A stretch of 64,000 nucleotides of DNA from positions 22,732 through 86,731 of the forward strand of contig DBIA01000035.1 of NCBI GenBank assembly GCA_002296525.1, in the 5' to 3' direction. Made by a program: the position numbers and the translations under genes. Every line of letters begins with the position of its first letter. Position 1 is the first letter of the stretch. The notes below the pieces were generated by a model, which was given only the letters and a program-made list of their open reading frames with translations, searched no databases and was not told where the DNA came from. Source of the DNA: Candidatus Neomicrothrix sp. UBA814 (lineage in GTDB: Bacteria; Actinomycetota; Acidimicrobiia; Acidimicrobiales; Poriferisodalaceae). Shown piece after piece: positions 18,847-27,989 of this stretch.

Positions 18847-21702
18847 GTGGCATCCTTAGACCTCGTGAGTGCATCTTCTCCCGGCCCCAACAACCAATTA
18901 GACGAATCGCGTCCTCTCTTCCGCTATGACGCACAGCTTGCCGAACAAATTGAGACCACCTGGCAGGAGCGGTGGGAGGCTAATAAGACCTACCAGGTCG
19001 CTAATCCCGGGGACTCGACTGAATCGCTTGCAGATAGCGGCGAGACCCCCTCAAAGCTCTTCATTATGGATATGTTCCCTTACCCCTCGGGTTCGGGTCT
19101 GCATGTCGGTCACCCTCTCGGCTACATAGGCACAGATGTATTCGCCCGATACAAAAGAATGAAGGGCTATCACGTCCTGCACACAATGGGCTATGACGCT
19201 TTTGGGTTACCGGCGGAGGAGCATGCTCGCCAAACGGGGGAACATCCTCGCGTCAATACAGAAACAAACATCGCCAATATGCAGCGCCAGTTGGACAGGC
19301 TTGGCTTAGGGCATGACAAACAGCGATCTATAGCGACTACTGATGTTTCCTTTTACCGCTGGACCCAGTGGATCTTTCTACAGATTTTTCAAAGCTGGTA
19401 CGACTCGTCGAGTCGTAAAGCAAGGCCTATCGCTGAGCTAGAACAACTATTTGCCGCCGGAGAACGCGAAACCAAGAACGGTCAACATTGGTCAGAGATG
19501 GGGGAGGTAGAACGGCGACGTGAGCTAGATGAGTGGCGGTTGGCCTATCTGGGAGAAGCGCCGGTGAATTGGTGCCCCGCTCTGGGAACCGTGCTTGCTA
19601 ATGAAGAGGTAACAGCCGATGGTCGTAGCGAGAGAGGAAACCACCCCGTTTTTCGGCGGCCAATGAAGCAGTGGATGATGAGAATCACAGCCTACGCCGA
19701 TCGTTTGCTCGAAGATTTAGACACTTTGGATTGGACGGATTCCATCAAGACCATGCAAAGGAATTGGATCGGGCGCTCCGAAGGCGCAGAAGTCAGCTTT
19801 TCGGCTTCCGGCGGAGAATCCATCAAAGTGTTCACCACCCGACCGGACACCCTTTTTGGCACCACAGCCATGGTGCTTGCCCCCGAGCACCCGTTAGTGG
19901 ACTCCCTCGTCACAGACGATTGGCCGGATGGGACACCCCTGGCGTGGACAGGTGATGCTCCGAGTCCACGCGAAGCGGTGGATGCGTATCGCAGATCAGC
20001 CGCAGAGTTGTCAGATTTAGAACGACAAGAAAATAAATCAAAAACAGGGGTGTACCTCGGCGCGAACTGCGTGGTACCGGTCAATGGGAAAGAAGTACCC
20101 ATCTTTATCGCGGATTATGTCCTGATGGGTTACGGCACCGGAGCAGTAATGAGTGTTCCCGGTCAAGATCAACGGGACTGGGACTTCGCAACAGCCTTTG
20201 GCATCGATATTGTGCGAACAGTTGAACCCCCCGCCGGTTTTTCGGGCGAGGCCTACGTTGAAGATGGCCCTGCGATTAACAGTGACTTCCTTAACGGTCT
20301 GCATATAGACGAAGCCAAGCGTTCCATCATTGAGTGGCTCGAAGACAATGCACATGGAAGCCGGACAGTGACCTACAAGTTACGGGACTGGCTCTTTTCG
20401 CGGCAGCGTTACTGGGGCGAACCTTTCCCTATCGTTTTCGACGAAACTGGATTGGCGTTAGCAGTTCCCGAAGACCAACTTCCAGTTGAACTTCCTGAGT
20501 TAATGGATTGGGCTCCTCGCGCATTGGATGAAGAGTCCGAACCCGAGCCGCCTCTAGGTCGCGCCGAAGACTGGGTGCATGCCGACTATGACCTTGGCGA
20601 TGGGACTCGCACCTACACAAGAGAACTCAACACCATGCCCCAATGGGCCGGCTCATGTTGGTACTACCTTCGGTACCTAGACCCTGCAAACGAAGAACAC
20701 TTTGTCGACTCTGCCGTTGAGCGTTACTGGATGACTAGCGGTGACGGAGGAATCGGCGGTGTTGATCTCTATGTCGGTGGAGTAGAGCATGCTGTGCTTC
20801 ATCTCCTCTACTCCCGTTTCTGGCACAAGGTCTTGTATGACCTCGGACACGTCTCCGGTCCCGAACCCTTCCAAAGGCTTTACAACCAGGGGTACATTCA
20901 AGCGGCCGCGTACCAAGATGACCGAGGTATTTACGTCGATGCGGAGAAGGTCACTGAAAACGATGGCGTCTTCTTGTTTGAAGGACAGCCGGTCTCTAGA
21001 AGCTTCGGGAAAATGGGTAAGTCCCTCAAAAATTCGGTCACGCCGGACGATATGTATTCCGCATATGGAGCAGACACTCTCAGGCTCTATGAAATGTTCA
21101 TGGGACCGTTGGACCAAGACCGGCCTTGGGAAACAAAGTCGGTAGTTGGTTCGCACCGTCTACTGCAGAGAGTGTGGCGCAACCTTATTGACGAAAATTC
21201 AGGTATGCCGACAGTTGTTGATGTCGTTCCCTCTCAAGAGTTGACCAGACTGACTCATAGAACGATCGCTGCCGTCGCAGAAGCCATGGAAGGGCTCAGG
21301 TTTAATTCCGCTATAGCGCGTATAACCGAACTCAATAATGAATTAACCAAGACTGGTGAGCCGGTTCCGGCCGAGGTGGCGAAAACTCTTGTCTTGATGC
21401 TCGGTCCGTTGGTCCCTCACATAGCGGAAGAACTTTGGGAACGGTTAGGTAACCAAGGGTCAGTAGTACACGAAAGCTTCCCTGAGGCAGACACATCTTT
21501 GCTCGTCGACGAGACCGTAGAAATTCCCGTTCAGATCAACGGGAAGGTCAGAAGTCGTGTGACAATGGCAGCAAATGCGGAAAATGAAACAGTGGAGCAA
21601 GCAGCGCTCGCTGACAAGCGCATACAAGAATTGCTGGAAGGCAACGAGATACAGAAAATCATTGTGATTCCCGGCAAGATGGTAAATATCGTGGCTAGCT
21701 AA
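18847..21702 (+). CDS. leuS: leucine--tRNA ligase
   Basis: HIGH-type motif (PSGSGLHVGHPLGY), KMSKS-type motif (GKMGKSLKN), a CP1 editing domain, and a size typical of actinobacterial LeuS. The GTG start is uncertain by a few codons. Confidence 0.95.
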   Translation: MASLDLVSASSPGPNNQLDESRPLFRYDAQLAEQIETTWQERWEANKTYQVANPGDSTESLADSGETPSKLFIMDMFPYPSGSGLHVGHPLGYIGTDVFARYKRMKGYHVLHTMGYDAFGLPAEEHARQTGEHPRVNTETNIANMQRQLDRLGLGHDKQRSIATTDVSFYRWTQWIFLQIFQSWYDSSSRKARPIAELEQLFAAGERETKNGQHWSEMGEVERRRELDEWRLAYLGEAPVNWCPALGTVLANEEVTADGRSERGNHPVFRRPMKQWMMRITAYADRLLEDLDTLDWTDSIKTMQRNWIGRSEGAEVSFSASGGESIKVFTTRPDTLFGTTAMVLAPEHPLVDSLVTDDWPDGTPLAWTGDAPSPREAVDAYRRSAAELSDLERQENKSKTGVYLGANCVVPVNGKEVPIFIADYVLMGYGTGAVMSVPGQDQRDWDFATAFGIDIVRTVEPPAGFSGEAYVEDGPAINSDFLNGLHIDEAKRSIIEWLEDNAHGSRTVTYKLRDWLFSRQRYWGEPFPIVFDETGLALAVPEDQLPVELPELMDWAPRALDEESEPEPPLGRAEDWVHADYDLGDGTRTYTRELNTMPQWAGSCWYYLRYLDPANEEHFVDSAVERYWMTSGDGGIGGVDLYVGGVEHAVLHLLYSRFWHKVLYDLGHVSGPEPFQRLYNQGYIQAAAYQDDRGIYVDAEKVTENDGVFLFEGQPVSRSFGKMGKSLKNSVTPDDMYSAYGADTLRLYEMFMGPLDQDRPWETKSVVGSHRLLQRVWRNLIDENSGMPTVVDVVPSQELTRLTHRTIAAVAEAMEGLRFNSAIARITELNNELTKTGEPVPAEVAKTLVLMLGPLVPHIAEELWERLGNQGSVVHESFPEADTSLLVDETVEIPVQINGKVRSRVTMAANAENETVEQAALADKRIQELLEGNEIQKIIVIPGKMVNIVAS

Positions 21703-22501
21703 CGGTGATCCCGCATTGCGCCACCTTTAACAGCTTGCTGTGTCCAGAAGAAGGTAATGATGCTATGACCGCGTCAGTGGTGTCTTTCTCCACGAATGCA
21801 GCAACCGTCGGGCCTGATCCACTCAACCAAGCGCCCCACGCGCCGCTATCTAATGCTGCCTGAATCGCGGCTGCTGAGTCTGGTTGGGCGGCAAGGCGAG
21901 TTGGCTGATGGAGGTCATCAACGCAACACTCGCGAATAGTGGCGAGGTCAGATGATGCGATCGCTGCTGCCAACACAGTGCTTCGAGCGAGGGCCTGTGA
22001 TGCTGTTTCGAGCGGTACAGAAGACGGAAGACGCGTCCGCGATTTAATTGTAGATGTCTTACCTTCAGGTACCCACACCACGATATTGAGCGTTGGCGGG
22101 CACAGAAGTCGGATAACTGAGGTGCCAGTCGTGGCTGTGATGCTGCCATAAATCGAAGCAGCGACATTATCGAAGTGTCCCTCAAGCTCCCCCGAGCCGG
22201 ACAACAGCTCTGGAAAGCGTATGGATCCTGATCGCTGCAATGATGCTGCCGCTAGCCCCGCCACCCGAGCCGCACCCGAAAACCCGAGACCCTTGCCCGG
22301 AGGGATCGAAGTTTCCGAAAATAAATCACCTGCACCTCCCGCTTTGCGGAAAGCAGTGAAAGCTGGATGTTGCTCCTCGAGTTTGGCTGCCGCACCACGC
22401 GACTCGCCAACGTCAAGATGGAAAGGTAAATCGAGAGCTACGGCCAAGCAATCGAAGCCAGGACCAATGTTGGCGGAGGAAGCTGGAACAGTCACGCGCA
22501 C
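21695..22501 (-). CDS. thrB: homoserine kinase (GHMP family), short form
   Basis: N-terminus VTVPASSANIGPGFDCLAVAL and GHMP motif PPGKGLGFSGAA. 268 aa. The 3' end overlaps the leuS 3' end by 8 nt (convergent). Confidence 0.7.
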   Translation of the reverse strand: MRVTVPASSANIGPGFDCLAVALDLPFHLDVGESRGAAAKLEEQHPAFTAFRKAGGAGDLFSETSIPPGKGLGFSGAARVAGLAAASLQRSGSIRFPELLSGSGELEGHFDNVAASIYGSITATTGTSVIRLLCPPTLNIVVWVPEGKTSTIKSRTRLPSSVPLETASQALARSTVLAAAIASSDLATIRECCVDDLHQPTRLAAQPDSAAAIQAALDSGAWGAWLSGSGPTVAAFVEKDTTDAVIASLPSSGHSKLLKVAQCGITVS

Positions 22502-22561
22502 CCAAGGCAGCGTACAGTCGTATCAGTCGGCTGCGAGCGCACCCGGGGAAGAGCAATTGTT

Positions 22562-24202
22562 ATGACGCACGGAGGAAAACTAGTAGCCAAGGTTCTGAAG
22601 TCCGCAGGGGTTGAATGTGTCTTCACTCTGTCTGGCGGTCACGTCATGGGGATATACGACGGGTGTCTTGACGAGAATATTGAGGTTGTCGATGTAAGAC
22701 ATGAGCAAGCTGCTGTTCATGCAGCTGATGCCTGGGCGCGCCTACACCCGGGCAAAGTAGGCGTGGCCATTCTCACAGCGGGTCCCGGTGTCACTGACGG
22801 AGTGACTGGTGTAGCTAATGCCTGGCGAGCCAATTCTCCAATTTTGGTTATCGGAGGTCAGGGCCCTTTCCGGCATATTCGCCGTGGTTCGCTTCAGGAA
22901 ATGGATCACGTATCGCTGATGAGACCAGTCTCTAAGTGGGCCGAGGCTTGCTACCAAACTTCACGCATAGGTGAATACATGGAAGCGGGCATTCGGGCCG
23001 CGCTTAGCGGTGTTCCGGGCCCAGCTTTTTTGGAAATCCCAATGGATGTTCTCCACGGACAAGTCGACCTTGATGAAATCCAGATGCCGAAGTTTCGAGA
23101 TTACCGAGTGACGGCCGTGGCGCCCGGGCCACTCATATCGGAGAGTCTTGAACTGTTGGCTCAGTCGCATAAACCAATGGTTATGGCAGGTACTTCGCTT
23201 AAGTGGAGTGAAGGAGGTCGACATTTGGAAGCATTTCTGAACAAAACAGGCATTCCCTGTTTCGTTAACGGAATGGCTCGAGGCGAGATTGCTTGGGACC
23301 ACCCCTCTTTTCTTTCCCTGACGCGGAAAGAGGCTCTTGAGATGGCCGATCTAGTGATCCTCGCTGGCACCCCTTTGGATTTCCGAATGCGATTTGGAAA
23401 TTCGATTCCCGATTCAGCGTCGATAATCCAAATGGATCTAGACGAGACCTTGATTGGCGACAACCGGCTCGTCGATATAGGCCTTGTCGGAAACCTTGGT
23501 TTGAATTTTGAGGCCCTTACCGCCGAATTAGAAGTTGGCGCGCGTGCTGTCGACTTCACTACTTACCGGGATCAGCTTCGCGCTCGAGAAGATGAGCTAC
23601 ACACAGCGCGACTGGGTCAGATGGTTAGCGACGAGGTTCCTATCGATCCGATGCGTTTATGCAGCGAAATTGCCGAGGCCGTCACCGATGAAATGATCGT
23701 TATAGGAGATGGAGGTGACATTGTTGCTCAAGCATCAAAAGTGATCCAAGTGCCAAAGAACGGAACCTGGATGGACCCAGGACCTCTTGGGACTCTTGGA
23801 GTAGGCATGCCGTTCGCTCTTGCTGCTCAGAAAGCTCACCCAGACAAGAGAGTCTTAATCGTCTACGGCGACGGCTCGTTTGGGCTCAATGGATTCGAAT
23901 ACGACACAGCCGTCCGTTTCGGTCTTCCAATAGTAGGAGTCCTAGGCAATGACGCGGCATGGGGTCAGATGATGAGACCACAAGCAATGCTGTACGGCGA
24001 AGACCGGTTAGTGGCGGTTGAGTTAAATCGCACTAGGTACGACAAAGTGGTTGAAGCCTTAGGTGGGCACGGCGAACATGTCGTAACAGCTGACGAAATC
24101 GGGCCCGCTATCAAGAGGGCATTCGAGTCAGGGAAACCAGCATTGGTGAATGTCGAAATCCGTCAAGATCGCGGTGAGATGAAGGGCTCCACCTATGTTT
24201 AG
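22562..24202 (+). CDS. thiamine-diphosphate-dependent enzyme (acetolactate synthase / oxalyl-CoA decarboxylase / 2-hydroxyacyl-CoA lyase family)
   Basis: Three-domain ThDP architecture. N-terminal PYR domain (RHEQAAVHAADAWAR, GPGVTD) and a C-terminal GDGSF...N ThDP-Mg motif (YGDGSFGLNGFE...LGND). The substrate cannot be assigned from sequence. Confidence 0.8.
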   Translation: MTHGGKLVAKVLKSAGVECVFTLSGGHVMGIYDGCLDENIEVVDVRHEQAAVHAADAWARLHPGKVGVAILTAGPGVTDGVTGVANAWRANSPILVIGGQGPFRHIRRGSLQEMDHVSLMRPVSKWAEACYQTSRIGEYMEAGIRAALSGVPGPAFLEIPMDVLHGQVDLDEIQMPKFRDYRVTAVAPGPLISESLELLAQSHKPMVMAGTSLKWSEGGRHLEAFLNKTGIPCFVNGMARGEIAWDHPSFLSLTRKEALEMADLVILAGTPLDFRMRFGNSIPDSASIIQMDLDETLIGDNRLVDIGLVGNLGLNFEALTAELEVGARAVDFTTYRDQLRAREDELHTARLGQMVSDEVPIDPMRLCSEIAEAVTDEMIVIGDGGDIVAQASKVIQVPKNGTWMDPGPLGTLGVGMPFALAAQKAHPDKRVLIVYGDGSFGLNGFEYDTAVRFGLPIVGVLGNDAAWGQMMRPQAMLYGEDRLVAVELNRTRYDKVVEALGGHGEHVVTADEIGPAIKRAFESGKPALVNVEIRQDRGEMKGSTYV

Positions 24203-24224
24203 CCAAACAAAGGTCGCCTAGAAG

Positions 24225-24914
24225 GTGTGTGGCAGATTTGCATCTACAGCGTCCTTACCTGAATTAGGGACCCTCTTTTCGGCGTCAACACCGACGAGAA
24301 CCGTAGAGCCGAGTTACAACGTGGCACCCTCAGGTGAAGTTTACGCAATAGCCGCGCAAAGAGAATCTAAAGGTCACTTCGTTCAAGTGATGCGATGGGG
24401 TCTGCGACCCAATTGGAGTCAACCCGCGCCGAAAGCGCAGATAATCATCAACGCCCGTCTAGAGACCGTCGATGAGAAACCAATGTTTGCCGAAGCGTTT
24501 ATTCACCGGAGGTGCATTATCCCAGCCGACGGATTTTATGAATGGAAAGGCAGCGGGGAAAAAAATGAGCGGAGACCGATGTACATATATCGACCAGACG
24601 GCGGACTCCTCTTGATGGCTGGTGCATGGGAGCGCAGCCGAATCGACGACACCCTGTCATTTGTTATTTTGACGACTAAAGCCAACAGCTTCATGTCGAA
24701 CATTCATCACCGGATGCCGGTAACTCTCAGCGAAGCTGCCTGCGATGAGTGGTTGAGTCACGAGAACTTTGATGCGCAACGCCTTAAGGAACTAGGGGTG
24801 TCGGAGAGCGATAGTGCGCTGGGTGCCCACTACGTAGATCCAAAGGTTGGGAACCCGAGGCAGCAGGGTGTTGGCCTCATCGCTCCTGTCCCTGCCGGAA
24901 CGTTATGGGAGTAG
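24225..24914 (+). CDS. SOS-response-associated peptidase (SRAP/YedK) abasic-site processing protein
   Basis: Begins M-CGRF (catalytic Cys2). Family blocks include YNVAPS, INARxET and RCIIPADGFYEW. Confidence 0.9.
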   Translation: MCGRFASTASLPELGTLFSASTPTRTVEPSYNVAPSGEVYAIAAQRESKGHFVQVMRWGLRPNWSQPAPKAQIIINARLETVDEKPMFAEAFIHRRCIIPADGFYEWKGSGEKNERRPMYIYRPDGGLLLMAGAWERSRIDDTLSFVILTTKANSFMSNIHHRMPVTLSEAACDEWLSHENFDAQRLKELGVSESDSALGAHYVDPKVGNPRQQGVGLIAPVPAGTLWE

Positions 24915-24920
24915 TCAAGG

Positions 24921-25319
24921 TCACCCGTTCAAAGCAGACTTTATGGATTCCGCAGCTCTTTCGAGACTTTCAACCTCAACAGAAGCGGCAGCTCTAGAGA
25001 AATCCATGGCTGACATAGTGTTCGCCGGAATCAAATGAATGTGCGTGTGTGGAACCTCGAAGCCAGCTATGACCATGCCGACACGAGCGCAATCAAAAGC
25101 GATTTTCTGAGCTTGAGCGACTTTATGTGCGACTCCAAAAAGGTGCTCTCGGAGATCAGATGGAAGGTCGATCCATTGATCTATTTCGTCCCTCGGAACC
25201 ACTAAGGCATGACCATGTTCAATAGGGTTTATTGACATAAAGACGACACAACGGTCGTCTTGCCAGATGAAAGTCCCGGGCAAATCGCCTCGGATGATCA
25301 TTGTGAAAACAGATGTCAT
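24921..25319 (-). CDS. HIT (histidine triad) family protein
   Basis: Histidine triad HTHIHLIP and an N-terminal IIRGDLPGTFIWQDD block. I chose the ATG at 25319; the ORF-track TTG at 25340 is less likely. Confidence 0.85.
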   Translation of the reverse strand: MTSVFTMIIRGDLPGTFIWQDDRCVVFMSINPIEHGHALVVPRDEIDQWIDLPSDLREHLFGVAHKVAQAQKIAFDCARVGMVIAGFEVPHTHIHLIPANTMSAMDFSRAAASVEVESLERAAESIKSALNG

Positions 25320-25334
25320 GAAATCAAGCCTACG

Positions 25335-25934
25335 ATGCAATCAATGACTGAAGCCCAGTTGCCGTGGAGACCATTTACGGTTCCGAATCTGATTAGCGTT
25401 GGCCGACTAGCCTGCATCCCATTGTTCCTCTGGCTGCTCTTTTCAGTTCAAGATCGCTGGGCTGCTGCTTTGCTGCTCGGTGCGCTCGGAGCCACTGACT
25501 GGATCGACGGCTATATAGCGCGGAGATTTGACCAGGTCAGCGAGCTGGGCAAAATCTTGGATCCGACGGCCGATCGCCTGATGCTGCTGGTGGGCATTTT
25601 TGCTATTTGGATCGATGGTTCAGTACCGACGTGGGTTGCGTGGCTAGCTCTGTGTCGAGAAGCGCTGGTCGCCATAGCCGCGTTGTTGCTGGCAGCCCTT
25701 GGAGCTCGAAAAATTGAGGTCACCTGGTGGGGGAAAACAGGCACATTCTTGCTTATGTTTGCCTTCCCGTTCTTCCTCGCTGGCGAAAGCGAAGTTTTCT
25801 TAGCCCCATTTTTCGCCGCGGGTGCTTGGGTGTGTGCTGTAACTGGGCTACCAATCCACTATTGGTCAGGCTTTACATATGTCCCTGCGGCTCGAGATGC
25901 CCTTCTTGAGGGTCGAGCTGGGAGGAAAGCGTAG
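25335..25934 (+). CDS. pgsA: CDP-alcohol phosphatidyltransferase (PgsA-like)
   Basis: Motif DWIDGYIARRFDQVSELGKILDPTADRL (D-x2-DG-x2-AR...G-x3-D-x3-D) and multiple TM helices. The start could be ATG 25335 or 25344. Confidence 0.8.
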   Translation: MQSMTEAQLPWRPFTVPNLISVGRLACIPLFLWLLFSVQDRWAAALLLGALGATDWIDGYIARRFDQVSELGKILDPTADRLMLLVGIFAIWIDGSVPTWVAWLALCREALVAIAALLLAALGARKIEVTWWGKTGTFLLMFAFPFFLAGESEVFLAPFFAAGAWVCAVTGLPIHYWSGFTYVPAARDALLEGRAGRKA

Positions 25935-25968
25935 ACCGAAAGATCACTTGTTGGGATAGCGTGGGCGT

Positions 25969-26361
25969 ATGAACACGCCAACGGAACTGCGATACTCAAC
26001 AGATCATGAGTGGGTTCGAACCGAGAACGATGTGGTTCGAATTGGTATCACCGACTTCGCACAAGACGCTCTGGGTGATGTGGTCTATGTCGAATTACCG
26101 GAACTCGGTTTAGAGGTTCACGCCAACACCGCATTTGCTGAAATTGAATCTACAAAGTCAGTTTCAGATATTTTCGCACCACTTTCAGGTGAGATCACCG
26201 AGGTCAATTCTGCCTTGGAAGATCAACCAGAATTAGTGAACGAGGATCCGTACGGGGAAGGATGGGTGTGTGTAATCCGTCCGACAACGGGAAATGAACT
26301 TGACGCTCTAATGGACGCTGCGAGCTACGAGAAATTCGTCAGCGAAGAGAGTCAGGAGTAA
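25969..26361 (+). CDS. gcvH: glycine cleavage system H protein
   Basis: Lipoyl-lysine motif EIESTKSVSDIFAPLSGEI. 130 aa. Confidence 0.95.
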   Translation: MNTPTELRYSTDHEWVRTENDVVRIGITDFAQDALGDVVYVELPELGLEVHANTAFAEIESTKSVSDIFAPLSGEITEVNSALEDQPELVNEDPYGEGWVCVIRPTTGNELDALMDAASYEKFVSEESQE

Positions 26362-26364
26362 AGG

Positions 26365-26829
26365 GTGGCTCAAGTGTGTGACGCATGTGGGCACTCAAAC
26401 AGTGCGGGTTCAAGGTTCTGCTCCAGCTGTGGTCGGGCCCTTAGTTCAGTGAATGAAGCGAGCACTGAAGCCCTGGAGACTCTCGAAGGTATCGAATCTG
26501 GAGTCACGCTAGAGCCACCGGCAACAGGCGCTGCCCTCGTAGTAGCTAGTGGGCATCAAGCAGGAACCCGCTATGCGATTGCGTCTACTCGCCTGACCGT
26601 CGGCCGCCATCCCGATAGCGATATTTTCCTGGACGACATCACGGTTTCGCGACGCCACGTGGAGTTGGAGCAGGGGAGCGCCGGCTATCTCTTGAAAGAT
26701 GTCGGTTCCCTGAACGGCACCTACTTGAACGGCGAGCGCTTATCGGACGGTGAAACGCCACTCACAAATGGTGACGAACTTCAAATAGGTAAGTTCAAAT
26801 TGCTTTACCTGGTTTCTTCGACCATTTGA
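26365..26829 (+). CDS. GarA/OdhI-type FHA-domain regulator with N-terminal zinc ribbon
   Basis: The FHA core is close to mycobacterial GarA as I recall it (GRHPDSDIFLDDITVSRRH, DVGSLNGTYLN, QIGKFKLLYL). The N-terminus has CDACG...CSSCG. Its position after gcvH matches the garA locus. Confidence 0.8.
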   Translation: MAQVCDACGHSNSAGSRFCSSCGRALSSVNEASTEALETLEGIESGVTLEPPATGAALVVASGHQAGTRYAIASTRLTVGRHPDSDIFLDDITVSRRHVELEQGSAGYLLKDVGSLNGTYLNGERLSDGETPLTNGDELQIGKFKLLYLVSSTI

Positions 26830-26867
26830 ATAGCGTCGAGAGGCCGTCTGGCTACTAGGGTCAGAGC

Positions 26868-27362
26868 ATGGTTGAAATGGAGTTGCTGGGGGTTCAGGTC
26901 GAATTACCCTCAAATAGTCCGCTGCTGTTGCTTAGAGAGATGGTTGGGCAAGGTCGTGTTCTGCCAGTAGTTATAGACACCCCAGAAGCGCATGCGATTC
27001 ATCGCGGTATAGAAGGGATTCGTCTGGCGAGACCGCTAACGCACGATTTGCTAGTCACCATGCTCGAGGACCTTCAAGCGACCGTTACCTCAGTCACCGT
27101 GACCGAACTGCGGGAGCGTACTTTTTTTGCCGAGATTGAGCTTGAAGTAGCGGGGCAGCGTCATTCAATCTCAGCAAGGCCTAGTGATGCGATTGCAATA
27201 GCGGTCCGGACCGAAACGCCGATTTATGCATCAGAAGAAGTTTTAGCTGAAGCTGGGCAAGTCATCGACACACAATCTTCCGATGAAGAAGGCAACGATC
27301 CGGACGAACTTCTTGATGAATTCAAGCAGTTCCTCGATGACGTTAGCCCGGACGATTTTTGA
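26868..27362 (+). CDS. bifunctional nuclease (BFN/DUF151) family protein
   Basis: Has the LPSNSPLLLLRE...VLPVVIDTPEAHAI block typical of DUF151, with an acidic C-terminal tail. Confidence 0.75.
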   Translation: MVEMELLGVQVELPSNSPLLLLREMVGQGRVLPVVIDTPEAHAIHRGIEGIRLARPLTHDLLVTMLEDLQATVTSVTVTELRERTFFAEIELEVAGQRHSISARPSDAIAIAVRTETPIYASEEVLAEAGQVIDTQSSDEEGNDPDELLDEFKQFLDDVSPDDF

Positions 27363-27383
27363 ATCGCAGCTCAACCGGAATAC

Positions 27384-27417
27384 ATTTCGCGCACTACGCG
27401 CGAAATATCGCGCGTAG
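27384..27417. promoter_or_regulatory. two overlapping, mutually exclusive perfect hairpins / palindromes upstream of the MerR gene
   Basis: H1 is ATTTCGCGC-ACTAC-GCGCGAAAT (27384-27406). H2 is CTACGCGCG-AAATAT-CGCGCGTAG (27394-27417). They share the central GCGCG segment. Confidence 0.35.
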
Positions 27418-27479
27418 GGTGGTTGCTTACCGGGGGTTTTGCTCGTACTGTGGCATCACATTGACGTAGTTTCATCAAT

Positions 27480-27977
27480 GTGACCGCAGTGATGACTGGC
27501 AGGGGCGGAGGCAAAGCGGTGACCGAAGGCGTAGTGGAATCCGGTTTCTCTGGAAAACGAACAGCGGAGCTAGTGGGAATTACCTACCGGCAATTGGACT
27601 ATTGGGCACGAACAGATCTGATTCGCCCCTCGTTAGCTGATGCTCAGGGCAGTGGCAGCAGGCGGGCCTATTCGTATCAGGATCTTTTAGAGCTGAAAGT
27701 GGTAAAGACACTCCTTGACGCTGGCATCAGGCTTGAGATGGTGCGCGACGTGTTCTCGTATCTCCGAGAAAACCTTGGTACAGACGTCGCTTCTGCGAAT
27801 CTGGTAATCAACGGCTCATCTCCAGTGCTGGTATCTGGCGAGGAGATCATTGACTTAATCCATAAAGGACAAGGCGTGCTTAACGTATTGCCGCTGGCAG
27901 GAGTAAAAGAAGAATTGGATAACGCGATTATCGATTTGTTCCCCTCGGTTGAGGACCAAATCAGAGCCACCGGTTAA
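27480..27977 (+). CDS. MerR family transcriptional regulator
   Basis: Helix-turn-helix KRTAELVGITYRQLDYWARTDLIRPS, in the conserved actinobacterial position after the gcvH-FHA-BFN genes. Starts at GTG, with an alternative ATG at 27492. Confidence 0.85.
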   Translation: MTAVMTGRGGGKAVTEGVVESGFSGKRTAELVGITYRQLDYWARTDLIRPSLADAQGSGSRRAYSYQDLLELKVVKTLLDAGIRLEMVRDVFSYLRENLGTDVASANLVINGSSPVLVSGEEIIDLIHKGQGVLNVLPLAGVKEELDNAIIDLFPSVEDQIRATG

Positions 27978-27989
27978 CGCAGAACTTAT

